Shown: one piece after another, positions 50,364 through 59,513 of the stretch
Position numbering within the stretch: position 1 is the stretch's first letter
How the letters are laid out: every line of letters starts with the position of its first letter
From: an uncultured Candidatus Rokubacteria bacterium
GTDB taxonomy: Bacteria; Methylomirabilota; Methylomirabilia; Rokubacteriales; CSP1-6
Direction of reading: 5' to 3'
DNA length: 64,000 bases
Assembly: GCA_963771355.1 (NCBI GenBank)
Contig: CAVYTA010000006.1
Coordinates: 1,600,001-1,664,000, forward strand
Translations under genes and position numbers: made by a program
Notes under the pieces: model-generated
Databases searched by the model: none
What the model was told of the DNA's origin: nothing
Seen by the model: the letters and a program-made list of their open reading frames with translations, nothing else

Positions 50364-51908
50364 TCAGGCGGTGGCGGCGAGCAGCGCCGCGGGGTCGGGA
50401 TCGGCCTTCTCGTCTTCCAGGAGCCGCCGGCGCCCCTCGGCCACGAGGCGCCGCGAGCGCGCGAAGCCGGCGCCCACCGCGCGATCCCGCGCCACCGCCG
50501 GCGTCAGCCCCTCGTCGAGGAGGCGCACGAAGGCGACCGAGAGCCGGCGGCGGACCTCGCCGTAGCCGCGGACGAGCGCGGCCGTCTCCGCCACTTCCAC
50601 CGCGAGCTCGGCGTCCAGCGCCGCACAGTCCAGGACGGCCTGACGCCAGCGGGCGATGAGTGCCCACTCCCGCTCGAAGCGCAGCGAGATCGGGCGCAGC
50701 CCGCGCAACCGGCCCAGGAGCCACACGCGGAGGAAGCCGAGCACGCTGGTGGTGCGGACATGCTGCCCGAGCGAGGGCCGCCCGCGGGGCCAGCGCCGCT
50801 CGGCCCAGCGGGCGACGGGCCGGCCGATCGCCGCGGGCAGGATGCCGTAGATCTCGTCGAGGTCGGGCTTGAGATAATCGGTGACGATGAGCGGGACGCC
50901 CGCCGGCGCCCCCTGCTCCGAGCGGATGCGCGCGAAGCGGGCGCGCCGCGTCTTGAGGTCGGCAACGCGAATGACGTCCTCGTAGCTCATCCACACCGCG
51001 AGGCGGCGCGCGAAGCGCTCGGTGAGCCGCGTACCCGGGTCCACCGCGTGGACCGCGCGGACCTCGGCGAGGAAGCGGGTAGCGTATCTCGCGTCCTGGA
51101 AGTCCACCAGACGCGCCAGCCCCTCGCCCACCGTCTGGTGCAGCGTGGGCGGCAGATCGGCCTCCGCGGATACGCAAAGGGCGAGGAAGGCGTCGCCGCG
51201 CCGACCCAGCGCGGCCGCGCGCTCGGCACGCAGCTCCGCCCAGGGGCGAGCGGCGGGGCGCGGCGCCTCGAGAGGACCGGCGGCCGCGGCGCGTCCCGCC
51301 GTGAAGCCGGCGAGATTGCGCTCCACCGCGACACCGCCTTCGCGAATGGCCGTCTCGTAGGCCGAGTCGGGAAGCGGCAGCACGCCACTGGCGGCGAGCG
51401 CGCCCAGCAGCACCGCGTTGACCTCGGAGCCCGCGGCGCGCGCCACCGCGAGGGCATCGAAGGTGATGGCCCGCCGGGTCAGCGCGCGGACGGCCTCGCC
51501 CAGCCGCTCGGCGGGGAAAATACCGTCGCCCGACACCGTACGCTCCCCGATGGCAAAGAGCCGGTGAGTGCTGGCCACGAGCGTGGTGCGATCGGGTGAG
51601 GCATAGTCCAGCTCGAGCGTGCGTCCGGCCTCGAGATACTCCGAGGCCATGATGACGTCCACGTCGCCGGGGGTGGGATAGAGGGAGAACACGGGCGTGG
51701 CGTCGCCCGGCGGCACCGGCACCGGATGGACCTCGAGGTAGTAGGTGGTGGCACCAGTGCGCTGAGCCACCCCGGGAATTGAGGTGGCCTGTGCGGCGAG
51801 CCCCGCGTGCTCGGCGGCGGCCACGATCCAGTCCGTGAGGACGCCGCCCCCCTGACCTCCCAGCGCGGCAATGAGGATCGAGAGCGGGCGCGGCGCCGGG
51901 GACGTCAT
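50364..51908 (-). CDS. indolepyruvate:ferredoxin oxidoreductase beta-subunit family (long form)
   Basis: AALGGQGGGVL, TSIPGVAQRTGATTYY, WMSYEDVIRVADLK. Confidence 0.88.
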   Translation of the reverse strand: MTSPAPRPLSILIAALGGQGGGVLTDWIVAAAEHAGLAAQATSIPGVAQRTGATTYYLEVHPVPVPPGDATPVFSLYPTPGDVDVIMASEYLEAGRTLELDYASPDRTTLVASTHRLFAIGERTVSGDGIFPAERLGEAVRALTRRAITFDALAVARAAGSEVNAVLLGALAASGVLPLPDSAYETAIREGGVAVERNLAGFTAGRAAAAGPLEAPRPAARPWAELRAERAAALGRRGDAFLALCVSAEADLPPTLHQTVGEGLARLVDFQDARYATRFLAEVRAVHAVDPGTRLTERFARRLAVWMSYEDVIRVADLKTRRARFARIRSEQGAPAGVPLIVTDYLKPDLDEIYGILPAAIGRPVARWAERRWPRGRPSLGQHVRTTSVLGFLRVWLLGRLRGLRPISLRFEREWALIARWRQAVLDCAALDAELAVEVAETAALVRGYGEVRRRLSVAFVRLLDEGLTPAVARDRAVGAGFARSRRLVAEGRRRLLEDEKADPDPAALLAATA

Positions 51909-51921
51909 GACGCAGGGGACC

Positions 51922-54021
51922 TCAGGCCGCCTGGAGCCAGCCGATCACCCGTGCCCGCACCGCGGCGAGGGCGCGCTCCCAGGGGCGCGCATTGCGGACC
52001 ACGCGCGCCTCGTAAAACGAGGGGCAGAGCACGGCGGCGTGCGCGATCTCGCCGCAGAGGCCGCAGCCGACGCAGCTCTGGTCTACTCGCGCGACGGGGT
52101 CTGTGCGAAGAGGGTCGCCACTTTCGCCGAGCGTCAGCGAGGGGCACCCATTCAAGCGCATGCAGGACTTGTCCCCCGTGCACACGTCCGGATCGACGCC
52201 GAAGCGGGCCGAGTCCACCCGTCCGCCCGCCTTGAGCCGTGCGGCGATCTGGGGCTTGACCCGGCGCTGTCGTTCCAGCTGGCATTCCGCCTTCGCGATG
52301 ACGACCTTGAGCCCCCCCGCGGTGGTAGTCATCGCCTCGCGAATGGTCCGCAGGGTTCGGTCGAGCCGGTACGGGTTCACCACCCGCATCCAGCCCACGC
52401 CGAGGCTCCGGATGGTGTCGGTGATGGACATGCGCACCGTTTGCCCGCGCGGGTTCTTCCCCGTCGAGGGATTGGCCTGTTGCCCGGTGGCGGAGGTGTA
52501 GCCGTTCTCCAGGATCACGAGCACCGAGTCCTGCTGATTGAACACCGCCCCCGCCACGCCCGCGGTGAGGCCGGAATGCCAGAAGCCGCCGTCGCCCAGG
52601 ATGGACACCACGCGCTTTCCGAACGCGGGGGCCACCGCGCCCGCCGAGGCCAACCCCATTCCGTAGCCGAGAATGGTGTTTCCCATGTTGAAGGGCGGCA
52701 GGGTGGCAAAGGCGTGACAGCCGATGTCGGCGGCCACGTGGGTCTCGCCCAGCTCCCGCTGCGCGATCTTCAGCGCGGTGAACACCGGCCGTTCCGGGCA
52801 GCCCGTGCAGAAAGCGGGCGGCCGCTTGGGGAGCGGCGCGCGCAAGATCTCGCGGCCGCGCCCCACGTGCGCGGCCAGCGCGGCACGCCGCGTCTCCGCC
52901 TCGCCGCCGAGAAAGCGCGCCACGCCGCCGAGGATCACCTCGGGCACGTACTCGCCGTGCGCCGCCACGATGTCCTTGCCGTGGATGCGCACGTCCAGGC
53001 GGCGCTCGTAGGCGAGGGCCTTGAGCTCCTGCTCGATGAAGTTCGGCATCCCTTCCTCGATCACGAGCACGCGCGCCTTGCCCTCCACGAACCCGAGAAC
53101 CTCCTCCGGCACGAGCGGATGGATTACGTTCAGCACGAGCAGCGGGAGGCGGCTACGGCCGTAGGCGTCGGCCTGCCCGAGGAGCGCGAGGGCCCGGAGC
53201 ACGGTCGGCGTGAGCCCGCCCTGCAGAATGATGCCGATGTCGTCGCGCTCGCCGGGGATGATCTGGTTGAGCCCGCGGCTCCGGATGTACTCGCGGGCGG
53301 CGGGGAGCCGGCGCTCGAACTTCTGGACCTCCTGCGCGTACGTGGACGGCGGATGGCTGAGCCGCCCGTAGTCGAACGAGGGCGTCTGGAGCGGCTCGCG
53401 CATGCTGATGGCGGGCCGGACATTGTCCGCGCAGATCATGGTGCCGCGCATGTGGGCGGTGCGGATCCGCAGGCTCAGCACCGCGGGCAGGCTCGAGGCC
53501 TCCGACATCGCGAAGGCCTCCCCCACCATGGTGGCCAGGTTCTGCAGCGAGGGGCGCGGATCGAAGAGGAGCAGCGAGGACTTGAGCGCGAAGGCATGCG
53601 TGCGCTCCTGGATGACGCTCGCGCCCGCGCCGTAGTCCTCACCCACCACCACCAGCGCGCCGCCGATGACGCCCGCGGAGGCGAGATTCGAGAGCGCGTC
53701 CGCCGCCACGTTGGTGCCCACCACCGACTTCCAGGTCACCGCGCCGCGCATGGGGTAGTTGATGGAGGCCCCGAGCAGCGCCGCCGCCGCCGCCTCGTTG
53801 GCGGAGGCGTCGAAGTAGACGCCCATGGGCTTGAGCAGGGTCTCGTTGGCATCCGCCATCACGTCCAGCAGGTGGGAGACGGGGGCGCCCGGATAGCCGC
53901 CGACGTAGGAGACCCCGGACTGCAGCAGCGCCTTGGTGATGGCGAGGATCCCCTCCCCCCGCAGGATCTGACCGCGGCCGAGCGCGAGTTGCTTGACTTC
54001 GGCGGCGAACGACCGTTCCAT
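51922..54021 (-). CDS. indolepyruvate:ferredoxin oxidoreductase alpha-subunit family
   Basis: GYPGAP, FCTGCPERP, DIGCH, GDGGFWHSG (TPP), C-terminal ferredoxin CVGCGLC. Confidence 0.92.
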   Translation of the reverse strand: MERSFAAEVKQLALGRGQILRGEGILAITKALLQSGVSYVGGYPGAPVSHLLDVMADANETLLKPMGVYFDASANEAAAAALLGASINYPMRGAVTWKSVVGTNVAADALSNLASAGVIGGALVVVGEDYGAGASVIQERTHAFALKSSLLLFDPRPSLQNLATMVGEAFAMSEASSLPAVLSLRIRTAHMRGTMICADNVRPAISMREPLQTPSFDYGRLSHPPSTYAQEVQKFERRLPAAREYIRSRGLNQIIPGERDDIGIILQGGLTPTVLRALALLGQADAYGRSRLPLLVLNVIHPLVPEEVLGFVEGKARVLVIEEGMPNFIEQELKALAYERRLDVRIHGKDIVAAHGEYVPEVILGGVARFLGGEAETRRAALAAHVGRGREILRAPLPKRPPAFCTGCPERPVFTALKIAQRELGETHVAADIGCHAFATLPPFNMGNTILGYGMGLASAGAVAPAFGKRVVSILGDGGFWHSGLTAGVAGAVFNQQDSVLVILENGYTSATGQQANPSTGKNPRGQTVRMSITDTIRSLGVGWMRVVNPYRLDRTLRTIREAMTTTAGGLKVVIAKAECQLERQRRVKPQIAARLKAGGRVDSARFGVDPDVCTGDKSCMRLNGCPSLTLGESGDPLRTDPVARVDQSCVGCGLCGEIAHAAVLCPSFYEARVVRNARPWERALAAVRARVIGWLQAA

Positions 54022-54079
54022 AGGGCTCTCTTTTACCACAGGCCAGCGCCCCGGGCCCCCCGGCCGGATGGAGACAGTC

Positions 54080-54892
54080 ATGGCGTACTTCACGACGACC
54101 GACGGCGTCCGCATCTACTACGAAGAGCACGGCAGCGGCGAGCCCCTGCTCCTCGCCTACGGCATCGGGGGCAACGCGGGCATGTGGCAGCCCAATGTGG
54201 CCGCCCTGGCCGCCCGGCGCCGCCTCATCCTGTGGGAGCCGCGGGGCCATGCGCGTTCGGACGCGCCCGCGGACCCCACCCGCGTCACCTTCGGCCACTG
54301 GGTGCTGGACCTCCACGATCTCCTGGACCACCTGGCCCTCGACCGCGCGGTGGTGGGCGGGCTATCCCTGGGCGGCGGGATCGCCACCCGGTTCGCGCTC
54401 AAGCACCCGGACCGGGTGCGGGCTCTCGTGGTGGTGGACTCGTCCTCGGCCGCCGGGCTGCCGCTCAGCGTGGACAACGTGGTGATGAGGGCCCGGAGCA
54501 TCCAGGTCGTGCTCGAGGGCGGCATGAATGCCATGGCGGAGTTCGCCATCGCGTCCAACCCCAACGTCTCCGGCCGGCTCAAGCTCGACCCCCGGGCCCG
54601 CGAGGAAGTTTTCGCGATGTACCGGATGCTCAAGCCGGTGGGCTATGCCAATGCCCTCCGCGCCTTGCTCCAGATGGACTACATCACCGAGCGCCTGCCG
54701 GAGATCGCCGGCCCCACCTTGCTGGTCTGCGGGGACGAGGATCCTTCGCTCGGGCCGATGCGCGTGATGGCGGAGAAGATCAAGCACGCGGAGTTCGAGC
54801 TGCTCTCGCCCGCCGGGCATTTCGCCAACCGCGATCAGCCGGAGGCGTTCAACCGGGTGGTCCTGGATTTCCTCGCCCGTCTCGGCGCCTGA
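54080..54892 (+). CDS. alpha/beta hydrolase
   Basis: RGHARS, GLSLGG, GDED, AGHFAN. Confidence 0.9.
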   Translation: MAYFTTTDGVRIYYEEHGSGEPLLLAYGIGGNAGMWQPNVAALAARRRLILWEPRGHARSDAPADPTRVTFGHWVLDLHDLLDHLALDRAVVGGLSLGGGIATRFALKHPDRVRALVVVDSSSAAGLPLSVDNVVMRARSIQVVLEGGMNAMAEFAIASNPNVSGRLKLDPRAREEVFAMYRMLKPVGYANALRALLQMDYITERLPEIAGPTLLVCGDEDPSLGPMRVMAEKIKHAEFELLSPAGHFANRDQPEAFNRVVLDFLARLGA

Positions 54893-54935
54893 GACGAATT
54901 GTCCCGGGCATGAGGCCCGTGCCACAATCCCGGGC

Positions 54936-56123
54936 ATGAGGCGTCGCGCCCGCGCCGTGCTGGGAACGGCATCCGCCACCCACTTCGTCCACGACGGCTT
55001 CTCCGACATCATCTACGTCCTCCTGCCCATCTGGAGCGTGGAGTTCGGGCTCAGCTTCGCGCAGGTCGGGCTGCTCCGGACCTGCTACACGGGCGGGATG
55101 GCGTCCTTCCAGATCCCGGCCGGAATACTGGCCGAGCGCTGGGGCGAGGCCCGGCTGCTCGCTGCCGGGACGGCCATCACCGCGCTGGGCTTCATCGCGG
55201 CGGGAATGGCGGGGGGCTTCGTCGCCCTCCTCGCCTGTCTCCTCCTCGGCGGTCTCGGCTCCTCGGTCCAGCATCCGCTGTCCTCGTCACTCGTCTCGAA
55301 GGCCTACGAAGGCGGCGCGCGCCGCATGGCGCTCGGGACGTATAACTTCTCGGGCGATCTGGGGAAGGTGATCGTGCCTGCGGCGGTGGCGCTGGCCACC
55401 ACCTGGGTGGGCTGGCGGGAAGCCACGCGCGGCTACGCGGTGGTCGGGCTGGTCGCCGCGGTGCTCCTGCTGCTCGCGCTGGCCCGGCTCCGGGTCGGCG
55501 GCGCGGTGGCGACGGAGACGGGCACCGCCGATACCGCGCGCACCTCCGGGTGGGGCATCCGGGATCCGCGCGGCTTCACCGCGCTATCCGCCGTCCACGT
55601 CATCGACAATTCCACGCGCACGGCGTTTCTCACCTTCCTGCCCTTTCTCCTCATCGCCAAGGGCTCCTCGGTGCAGGCGGTGGGCGTGGCGCTCATGCTC
55701 GTCTTCGCGGGCGGCGCGGCGGGCAAGCTCGCCTGTGGCGCGCTGGCAGAGCGGCTGGGGGTGATCCGCACCGTGGTCCTCACCGAGACCGCCACCGGGA
55801 TCGGCATCCTGCTCCTGCTCGCCCTGCCGCTCAATGCCTGCCTGCTGCTCCTGCCGCTGCTCGGCATTGCGCTCAATGGCACGTCATCCGTCCTGTACGG
55901 GACGGTGGCGGATCTCGTGTCCAGCGGCAAGCGGGCTCGCAGCTACGCCCTGTTCTACACGGTCGGGGTCAGCGCCTCGGCGCTGTCCCCCTTCGTGTAC
56001 GGCCTGCTCAGCGACTGGCGGGGGGTGCCCGTGACGCTGGCCACCATTGGCGTCCTCGTCTTCACCACCCTGCCACTGACTCTCGCCCTTCGCACTCCAC
56101 TGGAAGCCGCGAGCCCCGCCTAG
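54936..56123 (+). CDS. MFS transporter (Fsr-like)
   Basis: HFVHDG, SVQHP, YNFSGDLGK; about 12 TM. Confidence 0.9.
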   Translation: MRRRARAVLGTASATHFVHDGFSDIIYVLLPIWSVEFGLSFAQVGLLRTCYTGGMASFQIPAGILAERWGEARLLAAGTAITALGFIAAGMAGGFVALLACLLLGGLGSSVQHPLSSSLVSKAYEGGARRMALGTYNFSGDLGKVIVPAAVALATTWVGWREATRGYAVVGLVAAVLLLLALARLRVGGAVATETGTADTARTSGWGIRDPRGFTALSAVHVIDNSTRTAFLTFLPFLLIAKGSSVQAVGVALMLVFAGGAAGKLACGALAERLGVIRTVVLTETATGIGILLLLALPLNACLLLLPLLGIALNGTSSVLYGTVADLVSSGKRARSYALFYTVGVSASALSPFVYGLLSDWRGVPVTLATIGVLVFTTLPLTLALRTPLEAASPA

Positions 56124-56774
56124 CCGGGCGCGGCCACCGAGGGCACCGAGACGCGCTCGGACACCGTCCGGCGCTCGGGCCCGGCCAGCCAGCTGAAGCT
56201 GAGACGTCCATCGGGATCGAAGCGCAGGGCCGTCACCGCGGCGCGGACGTCGAGCCCGGGCGCCCACGGCCGCTCGATGCGCGTCACCGGACGACCGCTG
56301 AAGATCTGGCGCACCACCAGCACGCCCTCCTCCGCGGCCGCGAAGAGCGAGCGCCGGACGTCGACCTCGAGGACCCCGGCCCGCGCGCCGGAGATGCGCT
56401 GGCGGCGCACCTCGAAGAAGTAGCTGAGGGTGCCGGCGGGCGCCACGTCAAAGCGCGCCTCCCCGAGGGTCGCGCTGTGCCACCGCACCGTCGGCCGGGG
56501 GAACGTGTCCCGCCCCGGCGGCGGGGCGAACCAAGTGGGCGTCTCCGGCGGGCCGTGGTAGGCGCCGACGCGGCAGCGCGTGTCCGTCTCGCACACGGCG
56601 ACGATCCCGGCGCTGGGCAGGAGCGAGCGATACAGGCATCGCGAGGGGCCATCGCCACCGGCCCCCGCGCACTCCCCGGCTCCCGGATCGGCGGCCCCGA
56701 CCCCTCCTCCGGAGAGAAGCGAGGCCACCAGGGCGAGCCCAATCCAAAGAACGCTAATCGCGGGCCTGCCTCAT
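56120..56774 (-). CDS. hypothetical secreted protein (ORF track 56120-56728; true start probably 56774 via a frameshift)
   Basis: Hydrophobic leader RPAISVLWIGLALVASLL in frame; ATG overlapping the coxG stop is one base out of frame. Confidence 0.55.
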
Positions 56775-57217
56775 TTCTTCTCGGCCAGGAGCTCGGACAT
56801 CCGGGTGAAGAACTGATCCAGCATCATCTTCGAGACTCCGCCCAGCATCCGCTGCCCGACACTCGCGATCAGGCCGCCCACCTGCACGTCGGCATCGTAG
56901 CTCACCCGCGTGGTACCGGGGTCGACCGACGACAGCGACATGGTCGCCTCACCCTTGACGAACCCCGGACCGCCCTTCCCTTCCATCGACATCCGGTACC
57001 GGTTGGGCGGCTCGAGGTCCATGAGCTTCACCTTGCCCTCGAAGGTGCCCTTGATGGCGGCCACGCCGACCTTCATGACTGCCTTGTACTCGCCCGGTCC
57101 GATCTCCTCGAGGCCCTCGCAGCCCGGGATGGCCTTGGCAAGCGTGGCCGGGTCCTGGAAGGCCGTCCACACCTTGTCTTGCGGAGCGGGAATCTCGTTC
57201 GCCCCCTCGATCTTCAT
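56771..57217 (-). CDS. coxG: CoxG/SRPBCC family protein
   Basis: LAKAIPGCE, VGVAAIKGTFEG, VGGLIASVGQRML. Confidence 0.88.
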   Translation of the reverse strand: MKIEGANEIPAPQDKVWTAFQDPATLAKAIPGCEGLEEIGPGEYKAVMKVGVAAIKGTFEGKVKLMDLEPPNRYRMSMEGKGGPGFVKGEATMSLSSVDPGTTRVSYDADVQVGGLIASVGQRMLGGVSKMMLDQFFTRMSELLAEKK

Positions 57218-58407
57218 GGATGAACCAGCCCTCGCACAGACGCATCCATGCGGCGCATGCCCTCGCGAATCGTCTCGAGCCCGGTGGCGTAGGAGATACG
57301 GATGTGATCGTCGGAGCCGAAGTCCACCCCGGCCACGCAGGCGATGCGCGCGTCCTCCAGGAGGAACGCGCAGACGTCGGCCGAGCCCCGGATCACGCCG
57401 CCCTTCCAGCGCTTGCCGAAGAGGCCGGAGACGTTGGGAAATGCGTAGAAGGCGCCCTTGGCGTTGGTGCAACGGACGCCCGGTACGGCGTTCAGCGCGT
57501 CGATGATGAAGCGGCGCCGCCGATCGAACTCGCCGACCATCTTGGCGATCTCGTCCTGCGGGCCGGTGAGCGCCTCCACCGCGGCCCACTGCGCGATGGA
57601 CGCAGGATTCGACGTGACCTGGCTCTGGATGTCCGTCATCGCCCGGACGATCTCCTTCGGCCCGGCGGCATAGCCGATGCGCCAGCCGGTCATCGCGTAG
57701 GCCTTGGAGCAGGTGTTGACGAGCAGCGTGCGGGCCTTGATCTCCGGCGACAGCGAGGCGATGGAGACGTGCCGGCCCTCGTAGGTGAGGGCCTCGTAGC
57801 ACTCGTCGGACACCACCCAGAGGCCGTGCTCGAGCGCGATCTTGGCCACGGCCTGCAGCGCCGAGGGGGAGAACACCGCGCCGGTCGGATTGCCGGGACT
57901 GTCCAGGATGATGAGCTTGGTGCGCGCAGTCACCGCGCGCGCCACCGCCGCCGGATCGAGGTCGAAGCCGGTGGACTCATGCGTCGGCACCGGCACCGGC
58001 ACGCCGCCCAGCAGCCGCACCTGCTCCGGGTACGAGACCCAGTAGGGGCTGGGGATGAGCACCTCGTCGCCCGGATTCACCAGCGCCATCACGATGTTGT
58101 AGAGGGTGTGCTTGGCCCCGCAGGAGACGGTGACCTCGTCGGGCGCGTACTCGAGCCCGTGGTCGCGCTTGAGCTTGTGGCAGACGGCGGCGCGCAGCTC
58201 CGCGATGCCGCCGACCTCCGTGTACTTGGTCTGCCCTTTGTCGAGCGCGCGCACCGCCGCGTCCTTGATGTGCTTCGGCGTGTCGAAGTCCGGCTCGCCC
58301 ACGCTGAACGAGATCACGTCGATGCCCTGCGCGCGCATGGCGCGGGCCTTGGCGTTCATGGCGAGAGTGGCGGAGGGAACCAGGGTCTTCAAGCGGTCGG
58401 CGAGCAT
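57214..58407 (-). CDS. aspC: class I PLP-dependent aspartate aminotransferase
   Basis: GEPDFDTP, GAKH, PYWVSY, SKAYAMTGWRIGY. Confidence 0.92.
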   Translation of the reverse strand: MLADRLKTLVPSATLAMNAKARAMRAQGIDVISFSVGEPDFDTPKHIKDAAVRALDKGQTKYTEVGGIAELRAAVCHKLKRDHGLEYAPDEVTVSCGAKHTLYNIVMALVNPGDEVLIPSPYWVSYPEQVRLLGGVPVPVPTHESTGFDLDPAAVARAVTARTKLIILDSPGNPTGAVFSPSALQAVAKIALEHGLWVVSDECYEALTYEGRHVSIASLSPEIKARTLLVNTCSKAYAMTGWRIGYAAGPKEIVRAMTDIQSQVTSNPASIAQWAAVEALTGPQDEIAKMVGEFDRRRRFIIDALNAVPGVRCTNAKGAFYAFPNVSGLFGKRWKGGVIRGSADVCAFLLEDARIACVAGVDFGSDDHIRISYATGLETIREGMRRMDASVRGLVHP

Positions 58408-58414
58408 GGGTGCC

Positions 58415-58909
58415 CTACTTTCTGACGGACTTGGCGAATTTCTCGCTCAGGCGCGCCTCCACCACGGGAGGCACCAGGCCGGTGACCGGCGCGCCCAGCG
58501 AGGCGACCTCCTTGATGAGGCGGGACGAGATATAGGTGTACCGCTCGTGCGGCATCATGAACACCGTCTCCACGGTCCCGCGGAGCTTCCGGTTCATGAG
58601 GGCCATCTGGAACTCGTACTCGAAATCGGACACCGCGCGAATGCCGCGGACGATGCAGTCGGCGCCCTCACGGTCGACGAGGTCGATGAGGAGCCCGTCG
58701 AAGGAGGTGATGCGCATGTGGGTGAGCCCGTGGGTGGCCTCGTCGATGAGCTCGAGCCGCTCCTTGACGCTGAACAGCGGCTCCTTGGACGGGTTGGCCA
58801 CCACGGCGACGATGAGCTCGTCGAAGATGCGCAGGCTCCGCTCGATCAGATCGAGATGGCCGTTGTGCATCGGGTCGAACATGCCCGGATAAACCGCCCG
58901 CTTGCCCAC
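58415..58909 (-). CDS. coaD: pantetheine-phosphate adenylyltransferase
   Basis: YPGMFDPMHNGH, RGIRAVSDFEYEFQMA, ISSRLIKE. Confidence 0.96.
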   Translation of the reverse strand: MGKRAVYPGMFDPMHNGHLDLIERSLRIFDELIVAVVANPSKEPLFSVKERLELIDEATHGLTHMRITSFDGLLIDLVDREGADCIVRGIRAVSDFEYEFQMALMNRKLRGTVETVFMMPHERYTYISSRLIKEVASLGAPVTGLVPPVVEARLSEKFAKSVRK

Positions 58910-58958
58910 GGAGAACCCCCGTCAAGTGCCTGGAAGTGTGGAAAAAGCCCGGGTGAGT

Positions 58959-59513
58959 TTAGTCAGGGGCGCGAAAGAAAGTCAAGGTGGTCTCCCCGAA
59001 GCGGCGCGCCTTCCAGAGCGTCAGCACGCCCGGAGAGGCGGGCGGCGGCGTCTTGGTGCCGTGCTGGACCACCACCAGCGCGCCGGGGAGCAGCACGCCA
59101 CCCTCCGCGAGCGCGCCGAGCGCGGGCGCGGCGCGCGGCGAGTCGTACGGCGGGTCCGCGAAGGCCACCGCGAACCGCTCGCCGGCGCCACCCAGACGCA
59201 CCACCGCACGCGCGGCATCGTCGCGCATCACTCGCGCGCGGTCCCGGAGACTCAGGCGCTCGACATTGTCGCGCAGGGCACGAAGGGCCATGGCGTCCTG
59301 CTCCACGAACACCGCGGCGGGCGCACCCCGCGAGAGAGCCTCGATACCGACGCCGCCCGCGCCCGCGAAGAGGTCGAGGAAGGCGCCGGCCTCGAGGTAC
59401 GGCATGAGGGTGTCCAGACAGGCGATGCGCACCTGGTCGGCGGTGGGGCGAGTCGTCCGCCCCTTGGGCGTGGCCAGGCGCTGCCCCTTGAAGACGCCGG
59501 CAATGACGCGCAT
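58959..59513 (-). CDS. rsmD: 16S rRNA m2G966 methyltransferase
   Basis: MRVIAG..KG, TRPT, LDLFAGAG, DPPY. Confidence 0.95.
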   Translation of the reverse strand: MRVIAGVFKGQRLATPKGRTTRPTADQVRIACLDTLMPYLEAGAFLDLFAGAGGVGIEALSRGAPAAVFVEQDAMALRALRDNVERLSLRDRARVMRDDAARAVVRLGGAGERFAVAFADPPYDSPRAAPALGALAEGGVLLPGALVVVQHGTKTPPPASPGVLTLWKARRFGETTLTFFRAPD

